Positions 61,586 through 64,000 of a DNA stretch of 64,000 bases are shown one piece after another. The DNA is taken from the NCBI RefSeq assembly GCF_009914755.1, contig NC_060932.1. One strand, given 5' to 3'. The stretch comes from the human T2T-CHM13v2.0 reference genome, Homo sapiens. Position 1 is the first letter of the stretch. Every line of letters begins with the position of its first letter. Under the pieces are notes generated by a model, which was not told where the DNA came from, did no database searches, and saw only the letters and a list, made by a program, of their open reading frames with translations. The translations under genes and the position numbers were made by a program.

Positions 61586-62699
61586 CCTGCCTCTCCCCCC
61601 TCTCGCACACACGTCTTTTACTGTGATTGCCCATCAGGTTGAATCCAGTGGGGGTGGAGACCAAGAGCTGACTCCTCAAAGGTGAGTCTTAGCCCTTGAT
61701 CTCCACCTTAGCTGAATCTAAGGCTGGCATTCACTGCCCCCGAGGAGCTAATCCACACTGATGCCCACATCTCACCCTCAGGTGCCCCTGTCGAGCCCAT
61801 CACCTGGGAATAAATCCAACTCAACAGTGCTGTGAGTGGCATCATGCTGCAATCTAGGACTGGACCAAGCCCGGCCATCTCCTTGCCAGGGACATGTGTC
61901 ACCCCACTTTTATCTGATGTTTTTCAATACTGCCTAGTTAGAGGAGGCCCTAGGGGGAAATGTCTCTCAGATCTTAGAGATTTCTCTGCAGAATGAAGTG
62001 TGGATGTATCTCTACTTGGCAGTGTTGTTCTGAGCAGGACTGACCCGCCTTTCTAGAAAAGTTGGTTTTAGAAAAACACTTCAAGAAACCCCCAAGATAG
62101 CAAACATGAAGAGTCCTGCAGTGTATAAACATGATTCAAGGACTGGAAAGAGAAACCCTGTAATTAAACGAAGTGCTATAAAAAGCTCCCTCCTTCACTC
62201 ACCTCTGATTAAAGAGTGCGTGTAATTTTAAGGTGAAGCAGACAGAAAATGCAGAATGCCTGGGCGGTATTCAACTAGGAAAAGACACGTGCATGCCCCA
62301 TTAGGCTCCCTGAAATGTACCTTAAGAAAGCACACTTAAGGAAGTACACTGCTTACAGAAATGGGGTTCTGTGTATCTCCATTTTCAACTTCTCTTACCA
62401 GACTGGAGCTTTCCTCAACTCCTTGTCAATGCTTTGTTCTTCACCTGCACCTCCTTCTATCCATCATTCCCTGGGTGTCACCCTTGACATCCTTACTCCC
62501 GCCTCTTCCAACACCCCAGGTATACTCCCTGCCTGTGTTTCCCCCATTTAAAGAAATCGTTCAGCCAACTGTGCTCTTGAAGTACTCTTTCTGTCCCTTG
62601 GGTCTATGGAGCAGTGGTGGGAATGTAGCAGACACTCAGTAAATACTTGCTGAACCAATAACAGGGAATCCTCCTTTTCCTCTTCACAATAAACGCCAG

Positions 62700-63830
62700 A
62701 GCACACGCTGACTGCCGACACCAGTTCTCACCATCCCTTCCATCCCGCCTTTGTAGCCTGCCCCACTGGCGTCCCCAGAATGAGTCTCTCTGAAGTCCGA
62801 GGCTGCCTGAGAGCTTTCTCAGTCTATATCATCCTCCGCTTCATCTCAGCAGGGCTTGACACTGCCCTGTCCCTTTCCTCTCTCAGCAACATGGCAGGAC
62901 ATTCTCCCTGGTCTCCTCCACTGTTTGGTTATTTGGGGCATCAGAATCCTCCATGTTTTTCGTTTGTTTATTGTCAATCAGGACTCTCTTTTCCCTCCCC
63001 TTTCTTCTGCCCTCTGAATAAAGCACCTGCTTTTCCAAGGTTCTCTTCTTGGCTTCATTCTCTCTATGAGCTCATCTGTACCAGTGGCTTCAATAACGCC
63101 ACCTATAGAGTCATTCCCAAGTCTACATGGCTAATCTCGGCCTCACTTCTGGACTCCAATTCTGGATTCCAGATGTCGATTGAAAGTCCTCATATGGATT
63201 TCTAGTAAAAGTAAAAATAACGTAGTCTACGCTTCCAAAACAGCTTGTTTTTTTTTTTACTCCTTAAGCAAATGAATTTTCTTGTCACTACTTCTGCCTG
63301 TCCGCTGCTGTGTTCCCAGTTAGCGAGTTTCAGGATTCTGGCATCATCTTTGAGTCCTTCCTTAAATCCAGTGGCCTGAACCTTCCTAAATTCTTGAATA
63401 CTGTCATTTCCTATGCCTGCCCTATTTAGGACCTGACTGCCTCACTCCTGGTCTTTTGACCCCTAGTCTCTCCCCATTCTCTCCCCAAATGCTGACTGAA
63501 TACCCACCACATGCCACCCTGGTCCATCCTGTATATACTGACATGCGGAGCAGAGCTTCCTCAATCACTTTCTGATCCAATCCTTGCACCATCTGCTCAG
63601 AAATATTCGTGCATTCTTCATTGGCCACTCAGATAAAGAATGTGAAAATAATACACTGTGAGCATTTGTCACCTAGCAGGCCTGTGAGGTAGGACTTTCT
63701 TACCTCTGTTTACTATAGAAGGAACTCAGGCTTGGAGACATAAATTGATGTATGCATGGTCTCATAACTTGTCAGGGGTAAAACTGGGATTTTGCTCTAG
63801 CTTTCTGGCTCAGCTGCAGTACAGGTCCTA
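62700..63830. mobile_element. L2 relic followed by a MIR fragment
   Basis: Pyrimidine-rich L2 motifs (tgagctcatct...cagtggcttcaat, catcatctttgagtccttc); MIR core ~63660-63830. Other MIR pieces at ~5490-5660, 6870-7070, 26770-26955, 41640-41900, 47150-47320, 51650-51850, 58660-58870, 60170-60370 and 60990-61130. Confidence 0.55.
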
Positions 63831-64000
63831 AATTTCAGTCCCTTAGCCAGGTGTGTGGGACCCTGTGCCACATGGCTCTCTGCTCCCCTGTGTGATGGTC
63901 AGCCTATGCCACACACGTGCAGGTGACTTCTGGTGCCCCTCTCGGCCCTGGTGGAGACCCTCATTTCCTATTGCCCATGGCTGCCTGCTGATTCCCTTCT

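Noticed and set aside
61092-61679. 195-aa minus-strand ORF
   Set aside because: Non-ATG start, includes a (CA)n-derived His/Thr run and MIR sequence, no domain.

Overview
Human genomic DNA (a human-lineage AluYb-type insertion is present) covering the 5' end of SH2D4A, the SH2 domain-containing adaptor 4A / PPP1R38, recalled as 8p21.3. The first ~48 kb is repeat-dense upstream sequence: many Alus, a near full-length ancient L1 on the minus strand (~15.2-22.8 kb), L2/MIR relics, MaLR/ERVL solo LTRs, MER DNA-transposon fossils, a 19-bp G-rich minisatellite and a ~500-bp polypurine tract. A CpG-island promoter at ~48.37-49.5 kb carries two alternative first-exon donors (after 48709 and 48965). 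Exon 2 (54230-54614) holds the main AUG (54434) and 60 codons of the SH2D4A N-terminus; the rest of the window is intron 2. I found no new gene family or prokaryote-style system, and nearly all ORF-track entries are spurious. The best candidate for something undescribed is regulatory. One weak-context AUG in exon 1a is a 31-codon uORF when exon 2 is included, but an in-frame alternative start when exon 2 is skipped (both donors are phase 1). Exon 2 is also bracketed by inverted Alus that could promote skipping or back-splicing into an AUG-containing circRNA. Other leads are a rearranged Made1/miR-548-like hairpin with an intact SETMAR core in intron 1, a 7-mer CpG repeat in exon 1b, a MER91-derived CTCF motif, and a candidate UG-repeat-associated poison exon. 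Repeat subfamily names come from recalled consensus sequences, not a RepeatMasker run, and old-repeat boundaries are approximate.
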